DNA of 64,000 nt, from contig OZ316899.1 of the NCBI GenBank assembly GCA_973895155.1, positions 6,885,241-6,949,240 on the forward strand, written 5' to 3'. This stretch comes from Marsupella aquatica. Taxonomy: Eukaryota > Plantae > Marchantiophyta. This document shows positions 24,529 through 37,699 of this stretch, piece by piece. Under the pieces are notes generated by a model that was not told where the DNA came from, searched no databases, and saw only the letters and a list, made by a program, of their open reading frames with translations. How positions within the stretch are numbered: position 1 is the first letter of the stretch; each line of letters begins with the position of its first letter. A program made the translations under genes and the position numbers.

Positions 24529-25125
24529 CTAGCTTTCAGAGTTGCAATCATCCTCCAATCCTGCCACTTCTCTCCTCCGATTTTTCTTGAATCCAAGACC
24601 ACGCAATCGAATGTATCTCTCAGAAGGACCCCGACGCACTGCCCTTGTATAACCTTCATTGGGAATGTTACTGTCCTTAAAGTCAACTCGCCCAAACATT
24701 TCTTGAACTCTCCTATCGATTGGCAATACACCATCAACAGGAACAGCCTGATGAGACGAGAATGTGCTTGCAAATGGGAGCGGAGGAGAATCGACGATCC
24801 ATGGGATGTTCTTTTCTCCAGGACTAATAGCCTCATCATACGGTAGAGCATGACGGTTTTGGAAAGTAGAGGTTTCAGTTTCCTCAGTCTCCATCCGTGA
24901 CTCAAAAGAACTGAAATGGCTCTCTTCCGGACGCACACGAGAAGGGAGGAACGCTGCCTCCCAATCCATGAGCTCACCGTTTGTCTCCATGTTTAATGAA
25001 TCCAATCTAGTGGCAACTTCCCCTCTGAAAAAATGCAAAAACTGTCTGCAAAAGGCCCGCAAAGGTTTGAAAATGGTCGTGGGTCCAAAAGATCTCGTCC
25101 GGGAGGAATGTCTCCCTTGAAACAC
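24529..25125 (-). CDS. Hypothetical third gene of the transposon (unknown function)
   Basis: 198-aa ORF (likely start METNGELMDW) inside the element, flanked by element palindromes; no recognisable domain. Confidence 0.3.
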   Translation of the reverse strand: MFQGRHSSRTRSFGPTTIFKPLRAFCRQFLHFFRGEVATRLDSLNMETNGELMDWEAAFLPSRVRPEESHFSSFESRMETEETETSTFQNRHALPYDEAISPGEKNIPWIVDSPPLPFASTFSSHQAVPVDGVLPIDRRVQEMFGRVDFKDSNIPNEGYTRAVRRGPSERYIRLRGLGFKKNRRREVAGLEDDCNSES

Positions 25126-25672
25126 CCCAAATGTATCTCCAGAAAAGGGGCCACAACCAGGCGTCTGTCCGAAAACTTGTCGTCCGCGACAAGTGTTGTC
25201 CTTGAAAACCGCTGTTTAGGGTTTGATCCTAAAATGTCGTCCAAGAGAGATGCCGCCAACAAGAGATCCTAAAATATCGTGCGAAAAAGCTATCAACAAG
25301 AGATCCGAATGTCATCCAAGAGATCCAAAAATGTTGTCTGAATATAGCCGATGTGGGTTTCTTTGGAAAACTAACGGACCTAAATGAAATGGCCGTTGGT
25401 ATCCAAAACGTCTATTATACTATGTATTCGCTACTATTTGTCTCATTATGATGACCGTTGGTAGGACACGACAAAGACCAAACGGCCGTGTTACACAAAG
25501 AAGAGCTGGAAATATTTACTTTACGAATCACCATTTGGCGAGCACCTGGCGCTTGTAAAAACACAAGGAATCAGACCTTAATTTATAAGGAGTCAATGAG
25601 AGGATTTGAATACAAGTTGGTACTAGCACTAGGCGCTGGTAAAAAATTACTCCCTAAACTCCTCAATACGTG

Positions 25673-28600
25673 TCACAATTCTGCAGATTCTGATTCAGAA
25701 CCAGAATCTGAACTCTCGGATTTGTCCGTGGACCCAGCCTCATCATCTATGTACTGGCTGCGGGAGAAGTCATCAACATAAGGATGTTTCATGAACTTCC
25801 TGTCAACACCCCTTCTTAACCGAAGACCTTTGTTTTCCCAGCAAAGCGTCCTTGTACTCTCGGCTTTCCTTGCGGCTTTCTCTGCATAGGAGGGAAGAAC
25901 AAAAGGTTTTTCTGGTGTTTCTATGTTGTGTCTAGCAACCCTCCTTCGCAGTTTGAAACGTCTCCTTGCATTCCACTTTGACCTGATCAAACAAAATCCA
26001 GCAAGTTAGGAGCCTTTCTCCAAAACAACACATAAATGTTATAAATTGACGGGAATGGAGAAAGAAGCTTACAAGTTTATGAACATTACTCGAAAGAGTC
26101 ATCACTATCGGTTTCATCATGAGATCGATGAGGTTCTTCCTTTTCCTCCTCCGAGTCCCTTGTACCTTGTTCATCTCCATCTCCACCTTCACTGGACTCA
26201 TCATCAGAATCAAAATTGAGTACCGACCGAAGCTTATCTTGCTTCTTTTTGTCGGCAATAGGAACAGGTGGAGGTAAAACCGCAATCTCTTTGGGAGACA
26301 ACAAATCCATGAAAACCTTCAAAGTGGTTCAATAAATTCTTTTCTATGTTCTATCCCGAGCACAAACCTCCCGGAGAAGTCTCCAGCAATGAAGGAGCTT
26401 CCAGCACCAGCGGTCCAATCCATAAAAATATCACGAGGTCGGGTGACAAGCTCTATGACAGATTGCATAAACCCAACAGATAGGCGAGCATTTCCAGAAA
26501 ATTCCATTTGCGGGAATGGATCGGATTTGAGAGAAGGGAGTCCAATCAAATTGGTGACCGAGCGGTCCTCACTAATGGAGAGTGGACGGAATTTAGGGTC
26601 TTTGGGAATTTTGCATTTCCCATTAATTCGACCAAATATGTCCAGCCGGAGGGTAAACATCTGCGGAAAGCAATCCCAAGTGTCAGTTGGCAACTCCGGG
26701 TTAAACGAGTTATATTTCAAAATGCGACATTGTTAAGAGTACATAATTACCTGACGGTCTGTCTTTGTCGCGTACATCAGGACAGACATTACAACATTAT
26801 GCGTGCATATGCACTGAAATTTTATCGATTCCTGACAGGCAGCAATGACTTGAGACATGGGATCGTACTCCCCATTGTGTAGAATTGCTAGGAATCCATC
26901 ATCTGATAGAAATGGATCCATGGACTTGAAAAAAGATCTAGCCATGGAGTGATCTAGAGTGTTCCATTTAGGAACCTTCTTATCTATGATCGTTGGTTTG
27001 AACCCGGTCGGTAGGTAAATGAAACCGGCATCCACTCCAAACGATCTTTCTTTTCCTCCCCGCACAACACCCTTCTCTTTATATCCCGACTTAACGAGAT
27101 CCTTCCCCCACTGCTCCACATTACTAACCCAATCAGGTTTTTCCCCCTTGTTGAAAGTCAAGTAAAAAAAATCGGATATGCTTGTCTCAACCATGGCATG
27201 ACGAGACACTCTAGTTTTGAAGTTTCCAACTTCACGTTGGACACCAAATGCTGCAACACTCTCCCTTGAAGAAGGTCCACCTTCGATAGCTCGCTTTCGT
27301 TTCTTCCTGGTACTTGTGGCGTCAACCAGAACTATTACTTTCCCCTTGTCGACAGGAGTAATGGGGTCTGATTGGGCTCCGGTGTTTGCCTCAAAAACTT
27401 CAGGTGTAGCATCCACTTTAGTATCTCTTGTTCCCGCTATATTAGACTTCCTCCCTCCTAAATTATCAATAGGTCCTAGTTAGAACAAGTAAATCCGGAG
27501 TATTGAAACAAGCTAGCGCCAAGCGCTAACCAAATAAAAATCACTTAGGTCTGAACAAAGGCCTAAGAATCTAAAAAGAAATTTGAATTCGAATGACAAT
27601 TCTAGCCGGCGCCAGGCGCTGGCCAAACCACGGAACATTATACTCACTTTTCCTCCCAGATTTTGTTGACTCGCTTGGTGCTGCTAACTCCGCTTTTGCT
27701 TTTGCTTGATGTTTTTGACTTCGGTCCACATGAACAATAGTCGTTTCATAGATACTTTGCAAGTCTGTCACAGACTTGTCTACATCGTCTATCAGGCCCT
27801 GCTTCATGTCGGACACAATTTTTGCTGGTATGTGGGACTTTGAAAGCTTGTGGAATGCATCTTTCTCCCTTTGATCAAAAGGAGAATCCCATCTATATGT
27901 ATCTAGATACCATGGGCAGTGAGTTCTCTCCCATTCTGTCATAGGTCTCGGAGGAAATATGCCCTCCGCTGGGTACATGGAGTACAAATCAGCTATGGCG
28001 TCATCCTCACTTATTGTAATCCACTTCATGAAAGCTGCAGGATATGCCCAGAAGTAATCAGGTTTGGTTACCTCCATGTGCATGTAGAACCTGTAAAGAT
28101 ACCTTTTAGCCCGCTTCTGGTTTTTCTGGATGTAGTCTTCTTTGTCTGGATACTTTGAAGGCCACATCGTGTGAAAGAACTTACTCTTCACAGAATCACC
28201 ATATCTCTTGAATTCATTTGTAACAAACTGAACGAGATCATCAAACGAACCACAATTCCACTCTTCTAATCTAGTCGCGGGCATCGTCTGCTCTACTTCA
28301 CGCAGACATGAATGTAACATGCCGACAACAATTCCCTCTACACTATTCCAAGTGATCCAAGTATGACACCATTGTTTGACTGGGTCGTCGTTAACACTTG
28401 TCGGGTGGAAAAACTGTCTCCGCAGCTCAGGATTGCAATGTGCCACAAGTAGGGTGCTTCGCAACTTTGGGTCTAGGGCAGAAACAGCAGTGAACAATCG
28501 GGCGCGGTCCATTGTACATACGACGGCGTCAGGCTTCTTCTCTCTCTTGTTTCTCTCTGTGACAGCATACATTTCTGCACATGTACTAAGAAAATCTTCA

Positions 28601-29890
28601 AATTCAGGACTTAACAAGGGCGTAATTTTTGAGGACTTCACTGCCCAGTCTTTGGTTGCGTCCTTCATCATGGCCGCATGGCGTTTGGAAATCTCGTCCA
28701 CCGCCCAGGGACTCCCTTGAGCCTCGGCTGCCTCCATGTCAAGCTTGAATTGGTGAGAATATGACTTTATCTTATTCTCACATAGAATGTAAACAAGAGC
28801 TTCCTGTGGCATCTTCTTTGTATACCATGACCCCTTCCGAGTCTTTAGCCGAATGCTCTCAAACTTCTTGAAATTAGCTGGATCAATCAGTTTACTGTAA
28901 TACTCAAGGTCATGCGCCAGAATTTGTTTGATTCTATCTGCATCGAGAATCCAGGATGGCTCAACAACGGCTTGGCCAAGCCTACACGAAGAGATGCAGC
29001 GAGTTAGAGTCAAAGTACAATTTATGTATAACCAGCGCCGAGCGCTCTTAAATAGAACACTCGCAAGATTCAAAGAAGGTACCGGAAAAGAACGAGAACT
29101 TACTGATTCACGGTGTGCATAGCTGCCTTGATTTCAATAACAGATCCCTTATCTCCCTTAAATATTGTGCAGAGCACTCGAGGATGGTATTTTGGATTGT
29201 CAGGGTTCTCCTTGGTAACAAGCGTCCATGAGTACAGCCTGTGATTTCCATCGAAGATAGAGAACATCTTATCCTTCAGCACGAGAAATCTTGATCGGCC
29301 TCGCATTCTGCCTCAAACTTCTCGTTCTCCAATTGCCAAATTGGATCCCATGACTGACGAATTTCCTAGGTACAGGTCAGAACAATTCCATTCTCATCCG
29401 TTGGCTGCACATAGAAACGCATTCCTATGGCGGAATTGTAACCCATACTGCGAAACGAGTCTTTCAACTTCTCGATGGAAGAGCTATCTTTCTGCAAAGT
29501 ATGAACCACCTCCATGTGAACCAATCGGCATAGAGGGATTCGAGGCGGCTCCTTGTCAAATCCACGAGAATCCTTTCCAAAACACATGACATGTTTTGAG
29601 ATGAGATCAGTCTCCGCGAGTGCGCAGACCAAAACATCTTGGATCGCAATCATGTCGAGGTTCTCCATCTTTCTACGTAGAGATTTAGGAACCAAAACAA
29701 CGCTAACAGAAGTAGGAGGCAGCAGCTTTGTGGAACGAGTTACACGACGTGTATAAACTGAACCAGTAAACGAAGACTGCGAGGATTCAGAATAAGCTCG
29801 CTCTTGGTCAAGAGCAGCACTATACCCTCTGGATGAAGAGGGGAATACCTCCATTGCCTTCCTTCCAGAAGCGTACAAACTATCGTACAA
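25673..29890 (-). pseudogene. ParB/Srx-like domain + beta-class N4C/N6A DNA methyltransferase-fold fusion, 5 exons, lightly disrupted
   Basis: RIPLCRL...IEKLKDSFRSMGY...FSIFDGNHRLYSW (ParB-like); VDAGFIYLPTG...VPKWN...FLSDDGFLAILH (motif IV-VI region); RLSVGFMQSVIELVTRPRDIFMDWTAGAGSSFIAGDFSGRFVLGIE (motifs X-I-II); acidic tail. GT-AG introns at ~29103-28982, ~27647-27477, 26750-26661 and ~26089-25984. Confidence 0.85.
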
Positions 29891-30402
29891 TGAAATTATG
29901 GAACTCTAATCAACTCTCAACGTGTAATATATTCTAGAAGGAGGGTGGAGTTCAGCGGAACTCTTCGATTAAAGCAAGAAGCTCGTAAGTTTGGCGGATT
30001 CCAACGTATGTATGTAGAGAACTTAATTAGCGAAATCAAGCGGTAGAAGAAGCGTAACACACACAGAACTCATAAGTTACCGTTAAATGTTATCGTTATG
30101 ACCGTTTTCTTCCCTCACTCGGAATACTAGCGCCGGGCGCTATTATAAACAAGTTCCCGTGAAGTAGATAATTTGGATGATTGTCATGGCAGCGCCCGGC
30201 GCTAGTGAAAATAACAGCTATAGAATAGGTCTGAAATGGTGTCTCCAGTAAAGAAATTTTGTGAAAACAACCCCATATTTGAAGAAATGTTTAATGTTTT
30301 AATGGTTTTTGGGAAACATTACTTGCATCCTATACTAGCACCCGGCGCTAGTGATAACGGGTATTTTTCATCCATACTTTTAAAATAATTCACATTTTCA
30401 TT

Positions 30403-33400
30403 TGTCAAACACTTGTCAAGGAGCTTAAGCGGCTTTTCTCCCCAAAAGACTACCTAATATCTGCTCCATATCATACCAGGGTCACAAAGGATTGACAAAA
30501 CTTATGAAATGTGCCTACAATGACTAATCACTCCATACATAAGTAGTTTCAACTCTTCACTTCTAGAGAGGTAGTCCCCTTGACTACTTTTGTACTCACA
30601 CCCTTCCCCTCTCCTCTACTCCAAGGATCAGCAAGGGGGATCTCCGCTCAAAGCTGTCACCTTAGAGAAGAGTCTCACACAAACACCCAAGAACCAAAGT
30701 ACTTTTCTCTTCAAGCTTAAGTCTCCTCAAGACCCTCAAAGTAATGTTACCCCTCAACCTTGCCCCCCTGGCCTTGGTTTGGGTCCACACATCCCCTTTG
30801 AGCTCTAGAGAAGGCTCCTCTATCTAAGGACTCTTCCTCTTGTTCTTACTTCTTGTTAACACCACACACCAAGAAAAATACTTTCCACCCTCAAGCTATA
30901 ATCCTCTCCAAGTCTCAAAGTAGTGCTCTACCTTAACCTTGCCTCTTGGCCTTGGTTTTGTACTAGCACATCCCCTTCAAGCTTAGACCAAGATTACATC
31001 ATAGCATGGACTCTTCTCTTGCTCTCATATGCTTCAAATGCACTCACACTTAATGGTCACAATGAAGATTGGCAAGTCTTCTTTTATTGCATCACCTTTA
31101 CAACAAAAGTTCACTACACATTCTCCACACTAAGCATGGACCACTTCTCCCTTCTCAAGCTTAGCCCTACCTTGGCAAGGTAGAGATTCCACTTAAGAGA
31201 TGAGACTCCCGATCCCTAACAAAGGAAAACTTTCTCCTTATATACTATTCTCCTTCCACACCACACCAAGCTTGACCTGGGGTCCAACTACTCCTCCCCC
31301 CAAGTCCTCCTAACACACAAAGTCCAACTCTATAGTTTGTAGCTCACTCTACAACCTATTGCTTGACTCCTTCCAAGCCCTGGAATATGCCACACATGAG
31401 TTGCATGCTTTGACCTCCAAACCTGCTCTCACTTATGGTCCTCCTCACCAGCTTCCCAACCCACTTGAAAGCTCGCAAAAAGAGTGAGTGAGTCTCAAGT
31501 TGTGTCATGTCAAAGTTGGCTCCTTATTTACTAGTCCTTACTTACTACCCCGACCTATCAACTTACTTTCCTTACCCTAACGGCCTTGCACCTTTACCCT
31601 GAGGTACTCTCTTCTCCATGTATCCTAACTTGGGTGACACGGGTGCAAGAAGTGTCGGCCTAAAAACCTGGTCTTACTTCCCCCATGCCGACTCCCGTTT
31701 GCAAGCTATGGGGACCCCCTCGTGGCCTCCGCTAAAAATATATTTTAGTGATTATTTTTCTGGGTTTCCACCTTCACCGAGGGGTGCCTTACCTTCCCCT
31801 AACTCAGCACAAAAAAATTTGGGCCCCAACGGATACCCCTAGCCAAAGTTATGCTCATTCTCCCAAGGCCTGTTTTTGGTGTAAAGCGGGTGTAAGCGGC
31901 GACCCGATTACACTTGAACCTTACACGCCCCTTACGGGGATTCCACGTGTCATGAGGGGAGAGTACTCTCATTATACTCACGTTTCTTATGAAGAAGATT
32001 GATAAGGACACCAATTTTTGCAACATTTTCCTCTCTCTTGAATTCAATCTGAAACGGTAGCATTCTCTATTGGATCGAATGACAGCAGGTCAATTGATAG
32101 CTCAGCCAGGTCTACAGCACCCTTCTCAGTCCACCTCCATAGCCATCCAGCCTTGCAAGTGATTCAAAATCGCAGCAAAATTTTGCAGCAGCCATAGCCC
32201 ACCAATTCGCAGCTTGCAGCACAACAGCACAGCAGCAGATTCGAAGCATAGCAGCTGATTCAAAGCACAGTAGCAGATTCGAAGCATAGCAGCTGATTCG
32301 AAGCACAGCAACAGCAGCCATAGCTTGATTCCTTCTCAACAACTAGCTCTATTCCAATCACTTAGCCAAGCAGGTCTCTCTTCTCAATTTCGTAGCTGCC
32401 CACCTCTGCAATTTCGCAGCTAGTAGCAACATCCATCAATTCAGCAGCATCAAGGCAGCAGCCAGCCAATTCTCGTGAGCATCTCATGCCTGGTTAATAG
32501 CAGCACCTCTAATCTATTGTGTCGCTGCCATAGCAGCAAGCAACCTTCCCAATTCAAAGCCAGCCTCCCTATTCCAATCAGCAGCCATAGCTCACAATTC
32601 AATTTCACAGTAGCAGCTGGGTCAAGTCCTTCTCAGCAGCAGCTAGCTCAATTCAATCCTGCACCTGCCTATTCAGATCAAGAGTGGCCTATTTTGATGA
32701 GCACCAGCCCTTCAATTAGCCCACCTCGTGCATTCCTGCCCATGTCGTGCTTGCCTGACCTTGTGCTAGTCTGGTCGCAGCCGCGTTGACGCGTTTTGAT
32801 ACTCAGAAAAATTTCGTTTTCCTCTCAGGAGAAACAGTTATACTGGCCCCTCTTGAAGGCCATGCCATAATTCACTCAAATGTCCAAACGTACTTCTGAG
32901 CACATTTCTGGAATCCTTGGACATAGGACTCACTCCTAAATTTATCAAACTCTCTAAACACTCCATAAAGACTTTTCTAAAAATACATAAGTTTGACCAT
33001 ATCTATTAAAGCGCATTACTATTCCCAATCTTTGAGGTGTTCCCAAAAAGTAACAAAAGGTGACAAATTATTTCTAAGACAATCCAGGGATATTATGGTC
33101 TATACTAAACTCAATTCTAACCTCGAACCCACAAAATTTACCCCTTGGCTATTTTCCCCGGGACCCGCTAATTGGTTATTTTAATTTTTGTCAAAATACT
33201 CACAACTCCTAGGTTGAGACCCCACTTGACTTCATACTTTTTCAGGGTTCCCTAGGGATCTCCTAGCACCCATGAGAGAAATATCAGCCAAAAATAATAT
33301 GTCAGGTGTCGGGTTATTTTCCGGTCCCAACTTAGTCGCCTATCCTAACTAAGGGTGGAACATTTGCTGTCTACCAAAATCACATTACTTATCCCTTTAC

Positions 33401-33582
33401 ATTTGCTTAGAACAACACATTTTCTCCCTTCCATGATTTCCTACTAGCCTTCCCTAGTGACTTAGGGTTGCAAACCCTAAGTACTTTGCTAACACTACAA
33501 CAACTTTCTTACTATTCCTTGTACAAACAACAACAAAATTGACAAGTTCCTTACATACCCTATATTGAGCCGGTCCACATCA
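30403..33582 (-). mobile_element. Probable solo LTR (~3.2 kb) inserted between the two divergent genes
   Basis: TG...CA ends (TGTCAAAC / GGTCCACATCA); non-coding; lacks the palindromes found on both flanks; internal tandem AGCAGATTCGAAGCATAGCAGCTGATTC at ~32230-32310. No perfect TSD. Confidence 0.55.
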
Positions 33583-34002
33583 TTGATCATTTCAATCAAA
33601 TTATTCCATAGTATTGATGGATATCTAGAGGGTTTTTCGTATACTAGCGCCTGACGCTAGTATGAAATATCAAGATTTGGGGCATATTATGTTTGAGATA
33701 TTTTAGTTAGCGCCAGGCGCTACTCAAATTGTTCCAACTATACAATATCTTAGAGTTTGTTAAAGATTTTTGTGGTGTCTTTTTTGGCATTATGTACGTG
33801 TCTGACATTTGGACTTATCGGGGAAAAACGACAAAATTCATTTATGGCGCCAACGGATCCTATGTCGACTATGTTTTATGTCTTACATAAATGGATATGT
33901 TAACGTGAAGTTCCCATGTTCAACTGATATAAGCTCCATATTACCATAGACTTTTCTTCCTCGAAACATTACAGCCCTCGTTATTTGTTTTGGATAATTG
34001 CA

Positions 34003-37000
34003 ATGTCTCGTTCCATCGTTCTATCCCGATTCGGGACTGGGGATATTGTGACCATCCCGGTCCCTGTGGAAGACACGTACAAGCAGGTCCGGGAGAGATA
34101 CCTTTGCGGGAGATTTGATTTGAAGATGAATGATATTGAGGCCATTCTTCGAGAGCTCGAAACCAGTGATGACATCGAAGATGCAGCAACATTCAATGTG
34201 GATGATGGTGAACGGTTTTGGCATCTATACGCGGGGATTTTGTACTCACTTTGAGTAAGACACCATGAAGGACCGTCCAGTGTCCCCCAAGTTCCATTTG
34301 ATGTTGTCGAGATTTCTTCTAGTGAAGATGGGGATCACACTCCAAGTCCTACGTTGAAAATAAAATTCCCGCAATGTGTTGTCGTTAAAGGTGAGACTCC
34401 AGGAAGCTCCAACCAGTTGGAGGTCGTGTATCGGCGTAGTGCGATGGATACGTTACTCAAATCCACTGGTCATAGCGAGTTATCGAGGTTCATATCAGCC
34501 GGTGATTTCAGACATGAGCAAGTCTCCTGTCTGCCAACTAAGTATAATGGGAACGTCGTGTTTGAATTGCCACCAATTGACAAGATGCTCTCTAAAGGCT
34601 CTAGGTTTAGGGACATGGACCGTGCCAAAGATTGCTACATTTGGACACGCATATTTCCAACTACCGCGAACGTCCAGCCGAAAAAACTTTGGCAATTCGG
34701 TAAGGTTACCTGTACGGGATTCATTGAATGTTGGAACAAGTCATGCGAGTACTTCCAAAGGAAGAAGAAGGCAAATGCTAAGGCATGGCAGGGTACTCCA
34801 AAGCTTAGTGGTCAGTATGTTGTCGGATATTTTATCGAAGAGGGCGGTGTTGTGTGTCATTATTGTGATCAGATTCCTTTTTGTGTCAAGTACTGCCCTG
34901 CCCGTTTGTTCTATATGTATCCGCAAGTATTACTTGATGCGGAAACATGTAGTCATATGTCCCGCCTGGCGATTCATATAGGTGAGCATAACCATCCAGG
35001 TAGAAAAACCTTTTGTAGGAGTGCGGAGAAGATGGCTGAGGATTTAATTAAAAAAAATCATGAAGCCAATCCTCTGGCAAAACCAGTTGGGATCTTGAAT
35101 TCTGCTACAGGGTCCATAGTGAAAGCTCTCTGCGAACATGTTGACGACATGGTTGATATCGAAGAAACTGAAATATGGAAGTCTTTGATGGTACTTTCCA
35201 CTCCCCAAAAGTTTGCATCTCTTTGTCGAAGCGTTAGGATAGACCAAAAGGGTCGTGGTGAACTTGATTTTCTCTCGCAAATGCAAATGCTCCTGGGTCA
35301 GGGATGTCAAGAGGACAAGCCTCACATCTTTAAAATGACCACAAAGGGTCACGGTTTCGGTGTGGATCTTTTGAGACAGATGCAACCTGGTGGAAGACTT
35401 GAAGGAGCCTGGGTCAGTTTTGATGTGATGCATCGTATCACAACCGATTGGTTTACTTTTAGCGCGCATGTCTACGACCATAACTTCCGTGCACTTTGTA
35501 CAATTTTCACATGCGAGTTGAAAGGTGAAGACACTGAGTCTTTCGAAAAGGCTTGGAGAGTTATGATTGAGGTTTGCAAGGAGAATGGATTACATGAGGT
35601 TGTCATCCAAGGGTTTATGGCGGACAATGCACAAGCTGGATGGAATGCTGTGCGGAATGTTTTTTTTGGTGGACACCCAGACCCGGAGAGGGAGCGCTAT
35701 GATGCATTTCACTTTTATCAATCTTTCCATCGGCATTCCAAGGAAGGAGTACTCAAAGAATGTCAATCGGAACATCGGAGACTTTGGGAGAAACTAAGAA
35801 ACGCTCCAACACTTGTGGTAGCCTATCGCGTGTCCCGAGAGATTGTGGTTTGGTGGCAATCAGGAAATTGTGTCCCTAGAAAGCTCATGATGCTACAAAT
35901 CTGGATATCCTGGTGGGTTGTTCGATGGCGCTAGTGGGGAAATTTTATTCGAGTGGTATGACATCCATCTCCTCTCTTGTCTTTCATTTCCATCAACTTT
36001 ATATTAGCGCCAGGCACTGGTATGATTTGCTCGTATTTGAGTCCAACATGTCCATAAAGTTCCAGAATCATAATTGCAATTGTATTTCACGTATGTTATA
36101 AATATTTGTCGGTGTTAGCGCCGGGCGCTGGTAATACAATGCTAGTACTGATTATTGCATTTGGACTATGGCAGAGCAAAAGCGCAGAAGAAGGTGCCTT
36201 GATTCCGAACTATACAGGGTCAGAATCAAGGCATGCGTCTATGAAAGCCTGGGCTACAAAGAAAAAAGTTGGTCTTTTTGAAGCATGCAAAGTGGACCAA
36301 AATCGAGCCCTGTCTCAAGTTACGGGATACAGTGCATATCGAAAAGGGTTGAACAGAGGAAAGGGACCGACTATATGGGAATTGGCGTTCCGTTCCGCCG
36401 ATCAAGCAGGTTCGCCGAGGTTATTTGAAGATGCGACCAACATGCTTCTTTCCAACGCGGCGGACTTCGATTTGGAAAGAAGTACTCCCCTTAACGGAGA
36501 TATCGTGACCAAGTCAATCAAGAGAAAGGGACATGCAACTGGGACTGTCTCTCCACAAGACTCCCACCGACATGACACCGTTCTCATAACCACACCAAAT
36601 ACTCATCGTTTGAAAAGGAAAAACCTAAATAGAACTAACTTTGCCTCCATTCCCTCAAATTCTAATGATCCTGTGACAAGAGTGGTGAACCTCTCTGGTA
36701 TGGACACACCAGATGGTGATACTGATTCACTGGACAATACCCCTCAAACAACCCGTACAACAAGATCCACAAAACCTCCGCTCAGTGCACCAGCCTCACT
36801 GTAGAATCCACTTCCACGGACGATTGTGCTAGAAAAGGATGTCCCTCTGGGGCAGTGGCAGCTGCGATGGACGTCCAAGTATGGAGCAGGTCCCCAGTGT
36901 AATGGGACACTCAATGGGAGTTCTGATCGCGATGAGTGTCAAAATCGTATCAAGAAGGTTGGCTTCCATTCGTCTGACGGTGTTGTTGGAATTGTCATGA

Positions 37001-37699
37001 AGGGCCATCGTCTCTTTAGGGGCGAACCGATCTCCGAAATGATTTGGTTCTGCCCAAACCAAACCTGTTATAAGAGTTGTCCGCGTCGTGGTGTTCATCA
37101 ACTTCCTCCTCTTCCTGAAATTTTGCCTGTTCTGAACGGTACGAGCCTATCTCCTTCTGAAATCACGTTTCTCGAAGAGCAAGGACTTGTCTTAGCCCGA
37201 ACAACAAGATCGAGTCGATCTGCGCCATCTTCGTTTGACCTCAGGATAAATATGAACGTGTTCCCAGAAATGATAAGGTTTTTGGAGCCAAATGTCCGGT
37301 TGGGTAGTCGGAATGGGAGGAACTCAAGAGTCTAGTCTCACTATGGGTCACACTAAGCGAATGGAGTCTGCACGACAAGAAGAGATGAGTTTGGATGGGG
37401 AATGGAATGTTCGGACTGGAAATGCTTTTGGAAAAAAATTTTGAATTCGAACCCATGAGAACCTTCGATCACCAAACATGTACTTCGTGCAAATCTGTAT
37501 CTTCCCTGCTTGCTCCTGTGAGGACTTCTTCCTACGACATTTGCGTGGCAAGTCGTACATGCCTTGTAAACATCTATACTGGGTGTACATAAATATTTTC
37601 AAACTTGAGGTTGAGGAGTCAACTCTTTGTAGCCAACCAATTTTGACTGTGGGCGAAGTCAAGCTTGTCTTGGAGAGGCAAAACTTGAATGGCTTATAA
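34003..37699 (+). pseudogene. Mutator-like DDE transposase with N-terminal GCM-like domain and C-terminal SWIM finger
   Basis: GCM-like KVTCTGFIECWNKSC...CHYCDQ...C...HIGEHNHP; D1 SFDVMHR; D2 FMADNAQAGWNA; D(2)H YDAFHF; E in GSESRHASMK after an intron (~35956-36174); SWIM CSCEDF...CKH. A few stops and one frameshift. Confidence 0.88.

Noticed and set aside
25673-29890. Bacterial or phage contamination as the source of the ParB-MTase
   Set aside because: The gene has GT-AG introns conserved between two copies and lies inside a TSD-flanked element nested in a plant Copia.
30590-33184. Short ORFs in the 3.2-kb insert as genes
   Set aside because: Low-complexity and without domains, which is typical of LTR sequence.
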